DNA of 64,000 nucleotides from positions 678,473-742,472 of the forward strand of contig JBLDXI010000043.1 in the NCBI GenBank assembly GCA_047495785.1, given 5' to 3'. A program made the translations under genes and the position numbers. This document shows positions 11,454 through 23,400 of this stretch, one piece after another. Every line of letters begins with the position of its first letter. Position 1 is the first letter of the stretch. The stretch is from Lepidodermella squamata. Taxonomy: Eukaryota; Animalia; Gastrotricha. The notes below the pieces were generated by a model that was not told where the DNA came from, made no database searches, and saw nothing but the letters and a program-made list of their open reading frames with translations.

Positions 11454-14400
11454 ATGTGCAGTTCCAGGTGGTTGACACCGGTATGCGGCTTAGTTTTAAT
11501 CTGCACAACCATATTGGAACCAGCAACGGCGTCATGGGTTCGATGTTTCTCGCAATTCGATGACTCTTTCGACCAGATTTGCCGTCGATCTCGTGTCGGC
11601 TGCGATGTTTTGGAGAACTACAGGGTAAGGCTGGCATTTATTCCATTTTTATTCATTATGTTTATTCCCCGGCTTGATAATAATAATAATAATAATAACA
11701 ATAATAATAATAATAATAATAATAATAGTTTTATATAAGCCTCTCCATGACTAAGCGTCATTACCGTTTCCGGCTTTGAAGAGGGCGAAGGCAGGCAAAG
11801 ATAAAATCTTACCCACCCCCACAGTTGAAGATCTTGCTTTTTCCGAAAAATTCATATTTTTCAATCGAGTTAACAATCATGCGCCATTCATCATTTTCAA
11901 AAGATAGATTGAAGACCATTTCAGCTAGTTGAAAATCGGGTATAATTTTAATTTCAAACTCCTTTTCGCCGGATTTTTCCTTCCCTTTTTTCTTGGGCGT
12001 TTTGCCCTTCTTATCCTTGGCCTTATTCTTAGTGCTAGTCAGTCGTCAGTCCTACTTTGATCTTTGATCAAACCTCTATGCACTCCGTGGATCCATCTAG
12101 CTCTTGGTCGTCCTCTAGGGGCAAAGCATCCCAACGCAGGAATCCAAATATAAATGTTGTTAATTAAATCCTATATACGCTATTAAATCCTATTTTTTCG
12201 ATGATTTGTCGCAGGACATTAATACAGTCTCTTGTGCCCTTAAGGGGCTGAAAGCCGAATTGTAATTTAGATATTTGTGAACCAATCAATGCTCTTAATT
12301 TTCGTTAAAGTTTAACGGCATACAGTTTTCCTACAGCACCTAAGAGGCTTATGCCTCTGTAATTTTGAAATTTTGATTTCTCACCTTTGTTTTTATAAAT
12401 TGGGGTAATTATCGCGGTTGACCATTCTTCAGGGGCCCTCTTATCAGTCCAAGCTCGATTCAAAATTTCCTTGAGCCTTCCTTGAGCCTCGCTCAAGGCC
12501 TTAATCATTACGGGTCTAATTTCATTTATCCCCGGGGCTTTACCGTTTTACATGTGGTCGCTTTATAGCGCTTTTAATTTCGGTTAAATTTGGATTTTAA
12601 CCCAAGAAAATGTCGCTACCGGGGTTATTGGGTTCATTTTCAAGCCCTTGTAAAACTTGTTCGCCTTTCTCTCTGCTCTCTCATCTCAGCTTTTCAATTT
12701 CCAGCCAGAATTTTTTGAAATTATCATCATCTGTAGGGTTTTTTTAATTTGTCCAATTCCGAGCATTCAGTTTGATCCTAATAATAATAATAATAATAAT
12801 AATAATGGTTTTATTTAGTCCTCCTCTCGATTAAGCATCTATACCGTAAAAACGGTTTTGAGGAGGGCGAAGGCAGGCGAAAGATGGAAATCACCCACCC
12901 CCACAGTTGAAGATTCTACTTTTTCCAAAAAATTCGTAATCATTCATTGAGTCAACAATGTTGCGCCATTCAATTTTATCAAAAGAAAATAATTCAGTCA
13001 ATTGCAGATCAGGAATAATTTTAATTTCAAATTTATTTTCTTTTTCGCCGGATTTTTTTGTTTTTAGCTGGCTTTTTGCCTTTCTGATTTTTGGGTTGTC
13101 TTTTCTTCCGGCGAACTTCCTTAACAATGCCAACCTTGTGTAGACTTCTGTTTATGCCGTTTATCCACCTAGTTCGAGGTCTGCCTCTCGGTGCGAACCA
13201 CCCGAACGGAGGTGTCCACGTATAAATCAAGTTCAGAAGGCCGTCCGCATCACGAGATCTAATGATGTGTCCTAGATATCTTAAACGCTGTTTTTCAATG
13301 ATGCGGCTGACTTCGATCAGACCTCCGCACAATGCCAATCTAATGTCAATGTTAGGAATATAATCCATCAGGTGTATACCTAAAATCGCTCGTAGCCAAC
13401 GATATTCTAAAACATTCAACCTATTTTCCTGGCTTAAAGAAATATTCCAGGATTCGCAGGCGTAAATGATGGTAGGTACGATGACGCAAGTGAGTACTTT
13501 CAATTTGGTTTGTAATGACACATGATTCCTACTGCACATGAATTTATTCATCGCACCAAATACGCTGCCAGCCTTTGAAATTCTATAATTTAATTCTTCG
13601 TCAATGCGACCGTCGCTGGTTATAATGCTACCTAAGTATTTGAATTTGGAAACCTTTTCCAGTTTCGATCCGCGCAGCTCTAGTTCATAATTTCTTACTG
13701 CAGCATCGTCCCTGGAAATGATCATGTATTGAGTTTTTGCCACGTTAATTTTCAATCCTAATTCTTCGCATGCCATGTCAAAAATTTCTAGAAGGCGCTT
13801 AATTTCGTCATGGTTCATGCCTAGGAGAGTTCCATCATCGGCGAAAGCTAATAAATTTAGATAATCACCGTTGTTCATAGGGAAACCAAATTTTGTGTCG
13901 TATAATTTTTCGCAAATTTTGTTAAAAGTAGCAATGAAAAGCAGAGGGGACAGCGGGCAGCCTTGCCTTAGACCCCTAGTTACATAGAAAAAATCGGAGA
14001 CCTCAGAATCCACTTTTACCGCAACTTTATTTACTTTATATAGACTCTTAATCGCGTCAATAGTTTCAAGACCCATGTTTTCCAAGGCTGTCCAAACCTT
14101 TTCCCTATCAACCAGATCATAGGCTTTTTCGAGGTCAATGAAGACAAGATGAAGTTCTTTGCGAAAGAAAATAATTTTTTCAATTATTTGTCTAAGAACA
14201 AAAATACAATCACGGGTGCCTTTAAGAGGCTGAAATCCGAATTGTAATTTGGAGATTTTCGATCCAATCAAAGACCTTAGTTTTCTTTCGAGGATAACAG
14301 CATAAAGTTTACCTACAACAGAAAGCAGACTGATGCCTCGATAGTTTTGACACTTGGATTTTAATAATAATGATTAATAATAATGATGATAATAATAATT

Positions 14401-17400
14401 TATGCGGCCTTGGCCTTTTATGCAGTGCTCTTGTAAAGCCACTCCGTCATATACACAAAATGCATGATTAGCTTCTTCTATTTTCTTATTTAGGTAGTAG
14501 TAGTGAAAATTATGAAGGGAATACCAGAGTTCTCGATAGTTAGAGGAGTTTTCTGAGGTTGCTCTTTTTACTCTTTTACTCTTTTTTTACTTTTCTTACT
14601 TGTTTGCCTTGTTTTTAGTGATTTCTTGCCCTTCTTACTTCTTACCGTTGCCTTCGTCCTCTTCAAAATGTTCATCACAGCTAGCAGTAATCCTAAAGTC
14701 ATCTGTGTCATTCAGGTCCGTGAAGATTTCATATCGGTTCGAACATGGAGGTGGGTGAAACCCGGCCTACCAGCCGTTAGCTCTGCAACCGTGAGTACCG
14801 TAGCCATAGTTGTGGCCGTTGTTGTCGTAGTTGTTAAAGTCGTTGAAATTGCTCACTCGACAATTTTAAACACAATTTTGGGAATTTTCGAATTTCCTAG
14901 CGGCTTTTATTCCAAAATAGAGCTTAAATCATTCTCCGTCACACGTCAAATGAATATAGGTTTCTCACGAGAAAAATTTAAAATTAAAACGTGTTACGCG
15001 CAACTTTCCGTCACAGCGCGCGCACTTCCCCAACTGCTAAGATGCGCGTACAACTTTTTTCACGCTCATTTTTCACGCGAGAAATCCATATCTATTCGAT
15101 AGAGAATGTTCTGAATTATATTTGTAAGGTATAACATGAGTAAAAAGTTCATTTCTGAACGGAGCCGGCCGAGATTTACGAATCGAAACGAGCCAGAGGC
15201 GAGTTGAGATGAGTAAATCGAGTACGGCGAGTTCAGATATAAACGATATACGAATGTTATACCGTAAAATATCGGCTCAATTCCGGGCCCATATTAGTTC
15301 CGTCCGGCCCCCAAGCGTCGGTTGCGCAATTGGAGGGTAAAAGTGGACTTAGCGCAAAACGCCAAATCGAAATTTTAAACAACATTTTGGCCGCGCGCGC
15401 TGATGTCAAAGGCCTATTTTCGAATATCCTAGCGGTTTTTATTCCAAAATGAAGCTTAAATAATTCCCTATCAAATGAATATGCGAGAAAAATTTGAATT
15501 TACAGGTTTTACGAGCACTCCAACTTTTCATTTACGCGTGTGCACGTTCCTGGTCAACGCGCGGAATTTAGAGTGCACGTAAAACTTTTTTATTTTAATT
15601 TTTTCGAGCGAGAACCCCATATTCATGCGCGCGGTTTTAAATTTGTTAAAAATCAGAGTCTCTGCTTTTGCGCATAAGTTGAATTATTTTTAACAAATTT
15701 AAAACCGCGCGCAAAGATGCTAAAGGGTTACTTTCAAATATCGCGTCGGTTTTTATACCAAAAAATAATTCAGACAATTCTCTATCGATTGAATATGGGG
15801 TTCTCGCTCGAAAAAATTAAAATAAAAAAGTTTTACTAAAAATTTCGACTTTTGCGCGTTTTGCGCGTTTTGCACTAAGTCCACTCTTACCCTCCGACTG
15901 GACGGAACTAATATGGGCCCGGAATTGAGCAAAATATCGAATTGTCAAAGCTACTCGGCCTATATTTCTGGGGACGATTCTATATTTTGATATAAAAACC
16001 GCCTAAATAAAATCAGCAGTGTGTTTTATTTCGAAATAGTAATATAAATTAACGCCGGCCACGGGTGGGCTTAGGGCGCATCCAAGAGAGAAAATTAGGA
16101 TAAAGTCATCACTTGTTTTAGTTTTTGGTCAATACAGTAAGAGAGTGAGATGTACACAAATTATTTCCTTGTTCAGCTTTTTTCAACATAGTAATTGAGA
16201 ATAGCATCGTGCCATATCGTTAGTTATACAGTAGCTGGTTAGTCCGAGCTTGTCGATTTAGGGTATGTATAGTTTTTCAGATGGTGTCGGAAATTAGAAG
16301 CTAATGATAAAATATTAGACAGACATATCAAGTCATTAACGGTTTTACACGAGGATATGGTACGATTAATAGTGCAGATATAATCTTCTTTATTGTCAGT
16401 ATTAATGTTTTTACGGAAAAGAGTGTTATTTTCACGAGAAATATTAGTACATTCTAGGCAGATGTGATATATCAGTTCCATAGTATCAGCGTAAGACCTG
16501 AAAGGTGTCACTAGCGGATTTCCGAATTTTATACAATAAACGCATTTCATTCCAAAATTGTTAATATAACAGAAGGGTTTCAGGAGGGAGTTAGTTCTTA
16601 TCATACACAGAGTCCTGATATTATTTACCGACCAAAAAGCATTTTGTGTGTTGGAGTAGAGCTGCAGTTTGTCGAAGCAATCATCAAGTGTAAATTGAAT
16701 TGTGATAAGAAATTTTCAGAAAATTAATCGTGTAGCTCTTGTCGTTTTGAATCCATCTTTCGTACCACTTCCCAAGATGAGACAAACCCTCAAATTGAGA
16801 AGTCGCTTGAAAGATCTCAACGCCGCCGAGTTGCTCGACGTCGCTTTTTAGGTTGGAGAATATATTTCGGTATAGGTTTTTGTTTGAGTTGATAATTTCG
16901 TAGGCTGTTTTTAGGCTGTTCGTAGGAGCACATGGTCGTTCTCGAATTTGAGCCGCAGGTAGTATCGAACTGCTGATTTTGTCAAAATCAATTTTGGTGG
17001 GTCAATGTAGTATTCCCGTTTAACCAGCTCGTCCCTTGCTGATGTCGGTATTCGACATAGGAGCTTTACGAAATGTGTGTTAAACGGAAAAACTTTGTTC
17101 TTTTTCGTTTGACCCCAGAAGCCGCCGGCATATGCGTAATTGCCAACTAAGTAAGAGTTATGCAAAAGATGGAAAGTTCTAGGGGGAAGATATGTCGTAA
17201 AACGATCGATCATGTTGGGTATTAGTGCCGCAACTCGTTTAGTGTTCGCATTGATAACCTCGACCATTTTATCAAAGTTCAGGTTGTGGGTAAAATAGAC
17301 GCCTAGGTATTTAGAGTCTTTGACCCTCTCGAGTGGTTCACCGGCAAGTGTAAATTTCAAATTTTTATTTTCGGTGAATCGTTTTTCGAAAATCATAATT

Positions 17401-20400
17401 TTGGTTTTTTTCCACATTTATTTTCAGGGAATTATTTTCACAATAGACTACTAGTTCGTCGAGAAGACGTTGTAACTTTTCGGGGCTATCAGCCATCAAA
17501 ACCAGGTCATCTGCATAGAGGATGGCTAAAATAACGTATTCTCCGAAGGTCAAGCCTGGAATGATTTTCATGAGCTGGGGTCATTTATAAAAATAGAAAA
17601 CAGAAGCGGGGAGAGTGGGTCGCCTTGCCTTACTCCAACGTTAGAGGTAATGGGCTTGTCGAAGAGAATGCTGGATCTGTAGCGTAGGAATAATTTATTG
17701 TCGGCGTACATGTTTTTTATTACCTCGATAAAAGCGGGTGGCAGGCCTAATTTTCTCAGTTCTTGAATTAGGAGGAATCGGCTAATTTTATCGAAAGCGC
17801 TGGAAAAGTCAACAAATGCAGTGTAAACTTTTTTCCCTTTGGTAAGAAAATATGCCACGATAGCGTAAAAGACTGTGCAGGCGTCGACTGTACCTAGCTT
17901 CGGCGTAAAACCGAATTGCTCCGGTCTCAAGATATCCTTTGCCTTGCACCATTTACGAAGTCGCTTTTCTAGTAAGCTGGAAAATATTTTTGCGAAGACT
18001 GAGATCAGTGTAATCGGGCGGTAGTTTTTTGGGTCGAGTCGGCTATTTTTCTTATATATGGGCATTAACAAAGCTTTGCGCCAACACTCCGGGTACTGAC
18101 CTGATTTAAGAATTTTGGTGTATAGGTTAGCGAGGAATGGGTAAAGGCCTTTTTTACATCCATCTAGCTTCAGGCATTCGTAGTCTATTTATCATCGCCA
18201 GCGCATGACTTCGAGTTGGAGGTTGCGATAACATTTTCGATTTCCGCGGTAGTTATTGGGGCAAGTAATTCATTGTCTTCCTTGTCGCAATCCTTTGTTA
18301 GAAGTTCTGTGTGGAGATTATCTCGGGGTTCATCAGAGGTTAGGGTAAACAGCTGGGTAAAAAATTCGATTATTTCATTTGGGGTAGGCATTTCCAAGTT
18401 GACTTCCAGGCCTCTTATAAAGTTTAGTTCCTTGACCAACTTGAAAAAGTCAGAAGGGCAGAGGTCAATTAATTCAGAGAATTCAATTGCTTCGAGGAAT
18501 GAAGAAAAACGACCGACAAGACCCGAAAAACTACCGCCCAATCACTCTGATTTCTGTTTTTGCGAAAATATTTTCGAGCCTCCTTGAAAAACGACTAAGA
18601 AAATGGTGCACTGCTAAAAACATTCTGAGACCGGAGCAATTTGGTTTCACCCCCAAACTAGGTACCACTGACGCTTGCACCGTATTTTACGCAATTATAG
18701 CATATTTTTTGACCAAGGGGAAAAAGATTTATACAGCGTTTGTCGATTTCTCCAGCGCATTTGACAAAATTAGCCGAGCCCTACTCATAAGAAAATTAAC
18801 CAAACTTGGATTGCCTAAATCTTTCATCGAGGTAATCAAAAATATGTATGACGACAATAAACTGTTTTTGCGGTACAAATCCTCAATTCTTTTCGACAAA
18901 CCTATCAAGTCCAATGTTGGAGTTCGCCAGGGGGACCCTCTTTCTCCTTTGCTCTTCTCCATTTTCATAAACGACCTGATACCTTTTTTGATGAATCTGA
19001 TCCCCGGCTTAACTTTTGGCCAATACGTCATCCTCGCTATTCTATACGCAGATGACTTGGTCCTGATGGCCGAAAACCCCGAAAACTTACAAAAGTCACT
19101 CGATGAACTAGCTTCCTACTGTGACGACAACTCCCTTAAAATTAACCTTGAGAAAACTAAAATAATGATTTTTGAGAAACGTTTTTCCGAAAATATCAAC
19201 CTAAAATTTACTCTCAACGGTGAATCTATTGAACGAGTAAAAGAATTTAAATACCTAGGCGTCTATTTCACGCATAATTTGAATTTCGACAAAATGGTGG
19301 AGGTTATCAATGCGAATACAAAACGTATAACCGCACTGATCCCGAACATGATAGAGAATTTTACTACTTATCTTCCACCGAAAACATTTAATATTTTACA
19401 CAACTCATACGTCATCGGCAACTACACTTATGCCAGTGGCCTCTGGGGCCAGACAAAAAAGAATAAAGTTTTCTCATTTAACACCCATTTCGTGAAACAA
19501 ATTTGTCGAATTCCAACCTCTGCTAGGAATGAACTAGTAAATCGCGAATTCTACCTCGACCCACCTGAACTTGTCCTCACAAAATCAGCCGTCAGGTACT
19601 TTCTACGACTCAAGTTTGAGAACGAGCATGTGCTTATCAAAACTGCCTTTGACGTTATTGACGCAAATAAAAATCTATATCGCCATATTTTCAAACATTT
19701 ACAAAGTGATGTCGAAAAACTTGGGGGCACCAACATCTTCACCGCCACTTCTCAATTTGAGGGTTTGGCTCATCTTGGAAAGTGGTACGAAGTGTGGATA
19801 ACAAACAACAAAAAATCTATAGCTAATGATTTAAAAACTATATACCAAAATCCTGTTTTTACAGACGAAAATTTCGACAAATTGCTGCTATATTCTAATG
19901 CTCAAAATGCTTTTTGGTCGGTGAAAAATATTAGGATACTCAGTATGATTAGGACAAACTCTCTTCATAAACCCTTTTGCTATATCAATAACTTGGGATT
20001 AAAATGCATTTTCTGTCTTAAACATGGTGATTCGCTTGCTACGCCTATTAGAAATTTCCAAGATACTATAGATCTAATATGCCACCTCTATATTGAATGT
20101 AAATTTATCCCGAACCACACTCCTCTAACACAACTAGCCTCGATCGATAGTATCAATCATAATGCTAATAATCTTGTCAATTCAATTATCGAATCCATAG
20201 TAACTTGCAAATCCGTCAACAATATCGCACTGTCACACATCTTAACTATAGCTTCTAACTACCGACTCGCTCTTAAATTACACGTTTACCCTAACAGTAA
20301 TAACAATTAATGCGTAATTCTCCTGTCCTCTCTTTTCTGTCTTCGCCAATTTATTTAAATAATTCCCACGTCATGATTAGAACTATATGTATTATAACTT

Positions 20401-23400
20401 TATATTATGTATTATAACTTATATTATAACTATATGTTATGCACGTGTATGTATAGATAATATGTATTTTGTCTGTATTTATTGTGTTGATTCGAAAATA
20501 TTCCAGGACGCGCCCAAAGCCCACCCGTGGCCGGTGCTAGTTAATTTCTTTTGATCGAATAAAACATTGCTTGCAATTGCTTCGAGTTTAAGCTCGTTTT
20601 TGTATTGATTCTTCTTTTGTGAGAGTAGCTGGCGGTAGTCTCGTTCCTCTTGATCCATCGTGGATTCATATATAGGGTTATTTGGGTGCCTCAACGCCAA
20701 GGTCCTAGCTTTTCGCACTTGAGCACGTTTTATTCTGCACTCATCGTCGAAAAATGAGACAGTTGTTCGCGTAGTCGCTAAGTTTTTCCTGATATAAAGA
20801 GCTTCCTTCCCGACTCTATACAGTTTTCGCAGGAGATATTGAAGGTCGCCGGTATTTTTCATAGTCTCGGTGAGTTCGAACTGCTCCCAAAATGGTGTTT
20901 ATGGAGCCGGAATTGCGTTTGATTATCGTCTAGGGACTCTACGTTCTCCTCGTGGTTCCATCTACTTGATAGCGATAGAGCGATAGCGTAGTGGTCTGAG
21001 ATTCCGCCGTTCACTATGACTTCGAAATCCTCAATCTCGCTAGCCAAGGTTTCCGTCGAAAGGGCATAATCCACTACAGTGAAAGCCTGCTTGTGCCCGT
21101 CGCCCAATTTTTTGTGGGTGAATTCTCCCTGCTCATCAGAAGGAGTGGTACCGTTAACGATATATAGTCCCATTTCGTCCAATTTTTCAAAAAAATGATT
21201 ACGGTTTGAGGCGGAGGATTTAGGAAGTTCCAGGTCCTTGGATTTTCTAGGGGGTACATGACTTTTGAAAAAGTCCGAGTTAGGGTCGAGGGTTTCGTAC
21301 AGCTTGTTAAGGTTCCCAGTACGAATATTTAGGTCGCCCATAATGATTACCTCAATTTGTTTTGTTGAGTTGGGGTTTTCAATGCGACCATTATTTTTTA
21401 ATTCGGATAATTTGTTGGTAACTTCAGTCCATTGTTTTTTAAAACGTCCCCCTGAATTTTTTTGTTTTTTCAGAGTTTTAGAGAGGCGGCGGTTAGCTTC
21501 TTTTTCGTGTTTTTCTGGTAGGAGGTAACAATAGGCCAGGAGCAATTTTTTATCTGCTAACTCCAGTTGGAGAACGACCAGGTAGCTCGATTTGTACAGA
21601 ATTTTCACAATGGATTTTAAGTCAGAATTGATGTAAATAATAATTCCCCCGGACAGATTGCGACCTCTTTTTCCTCCTAACTTTTTGGCCGGCGAATGAA
21701 TAGCAAAGAAATTTTCACGCAAAATCGGTGGTACAAATTTATCGTCGTGCCAAGTTTCTAGAAGACCGACTATGGAGAAGTTGATTAGAAGAGAGATAAC
21801 GTCCGGGAAAGATTCAGGCCTAAATTTGAACATGTTCCATGCTACAAAATTCAATTTTAAGAAAATATAGGAAAAGACGGCAGATTGACAGACATTATAA
21901 GACACATCAGAATTTTCATGATTATCATTAAAAATATTTTCGCAGTTTATCTTACGCCCTGGGTCCCGCTTGCGTTGCCGGTTAACGAAGACTATTGCTG
22001 AGGAGGTCGATCGAAGTAGCTGCTGCCACGTCTCGAGTTGACGTAAGGACCCCATCGGGGAGGTCCGAACTGGTTGCTGTTGTGTTCGCCATGGTGATTA
22101 CAGTCGTCTTCGAAGTAGAATTCGTCGTCGTAGTCGTGTGAGCCATTGTGAGGTGGTGGTGGTGGCAAGCGGCCGGGTGGGGCTTTTCCATAGCCGCCCG
22201 ATCCGTGTTGGTTGGAATTTTGTCTCGGGTATCGATCCGGGCCCCTCTGGGCCCCTTGGCCGCTGGGTCCAGCCGGAGGCGGCTTCGTAGGTTGTTGTTG
22301 GCGATGTTGCTCCGCCTCGTTTCGGCTGTTGATATTAGCAGGTTTTTTTCGCTGCTCTTCGGCTTTCGCCTTGTTGGACCAATAGCGCGGTGGATTTGGT
22401 CGTTGATTTTCGTCCTGGAGCGGCACAACCTCTTGGATCTTTCTTGGATCGCAGATCGAAAAACAAAAGAGCCGTGCTGCTCGGTCATCAACCGGTTTCC
22501 CCGAATTTGATAATTCAGATCTGGCTCATCGCAATCAAGTCATCAAGCCGCTTAACCAAGGCCTTGTGCATTACTTCTTGGTGAGGAGTTCGGTATTTCG
22601 TCACCCAGATTCGATATGGTCGGAGAAATTGTTGGTAGTCTCTTGATAAAACCGAACGCATGATCTCGTTAGATTGCGCCGTGGGTAGAAGTACGACGTG
22701 AATCTGGCGCACAATAGGTCTGCCATTCGTACCATTGCGGGGTGGTCCGAAACGCTGGCAGGTCATTGCGAGCCCACACAGTAGTGGGACATGCTGATAG
22801 AAGATTCCAATTAGATCATCTTCTGTTTCCTTTGGCTTCTCACCGACGTCTGGAATTGAAACCAGAAGCGAGTTACGCCAGACAAAGGCCTCAATTCTAC
22901 TAACTCGTCGGCCAACCGCTGTAAGTTCGGCTCGGAGGCTTTTCAGCTCCTCCTCCAGGCGAGCTATCCGGGTTTCCTGATCCTCCGGTTGGTGGTCGCT
23001 GGTATCCGCCATTACAAGAATTATTCGACGTAAAATTAATAGTAGAAGTCACGTTTAAAGCACGTGCTTAAAATCGCAAAAAAGCAACTTGCTTTTAGAA
23101 CCAAAAAGTGAAAAAGTGAAAAAGTAAATAAAAACAGCTATAGATTAATCCCTTATTCATTATTATGACAATATTCGTGTTATGTTTCATAGCTCTCAGA
23201 CAAAACGTACCCAAACAGAACACTGTGCACTTTCGGGGTGAGAATAATCTGTAATAAAGTGGCTTGGTTGATTCTTAACTTGTTGCAGACTGCTCACAGC
23301 TGCTACAATCCCGAAACGCTGACACTACGCTGTTTACCCGGTGACATTCCTTGCCCGGCAAAATCTGTAGAGGTAAACATCCAAATCGCAGTATTCTTCC

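Noticed and set aside
11625-11738. Poly-Asn C-terminus of ORF 11370-11738
   Set aside because: Read-through past the exon-1 donor into the (AAT)n RTE tail.
11740-11800. Hammerhead or HDV ribozyme at the RTE 3' end
   Set aside because: The three-way junction lacks the CUGANGA/GAAA core arrangement, and no nested pseudoknot was evident.
14400-14880. Possible coding remnant on the minus strand (Asn/Gly/Lys-rich)
   Set aside because: Interrupted by stops with no recognisable motif. Probably a decayed TE fragment, not classifiable by eye.
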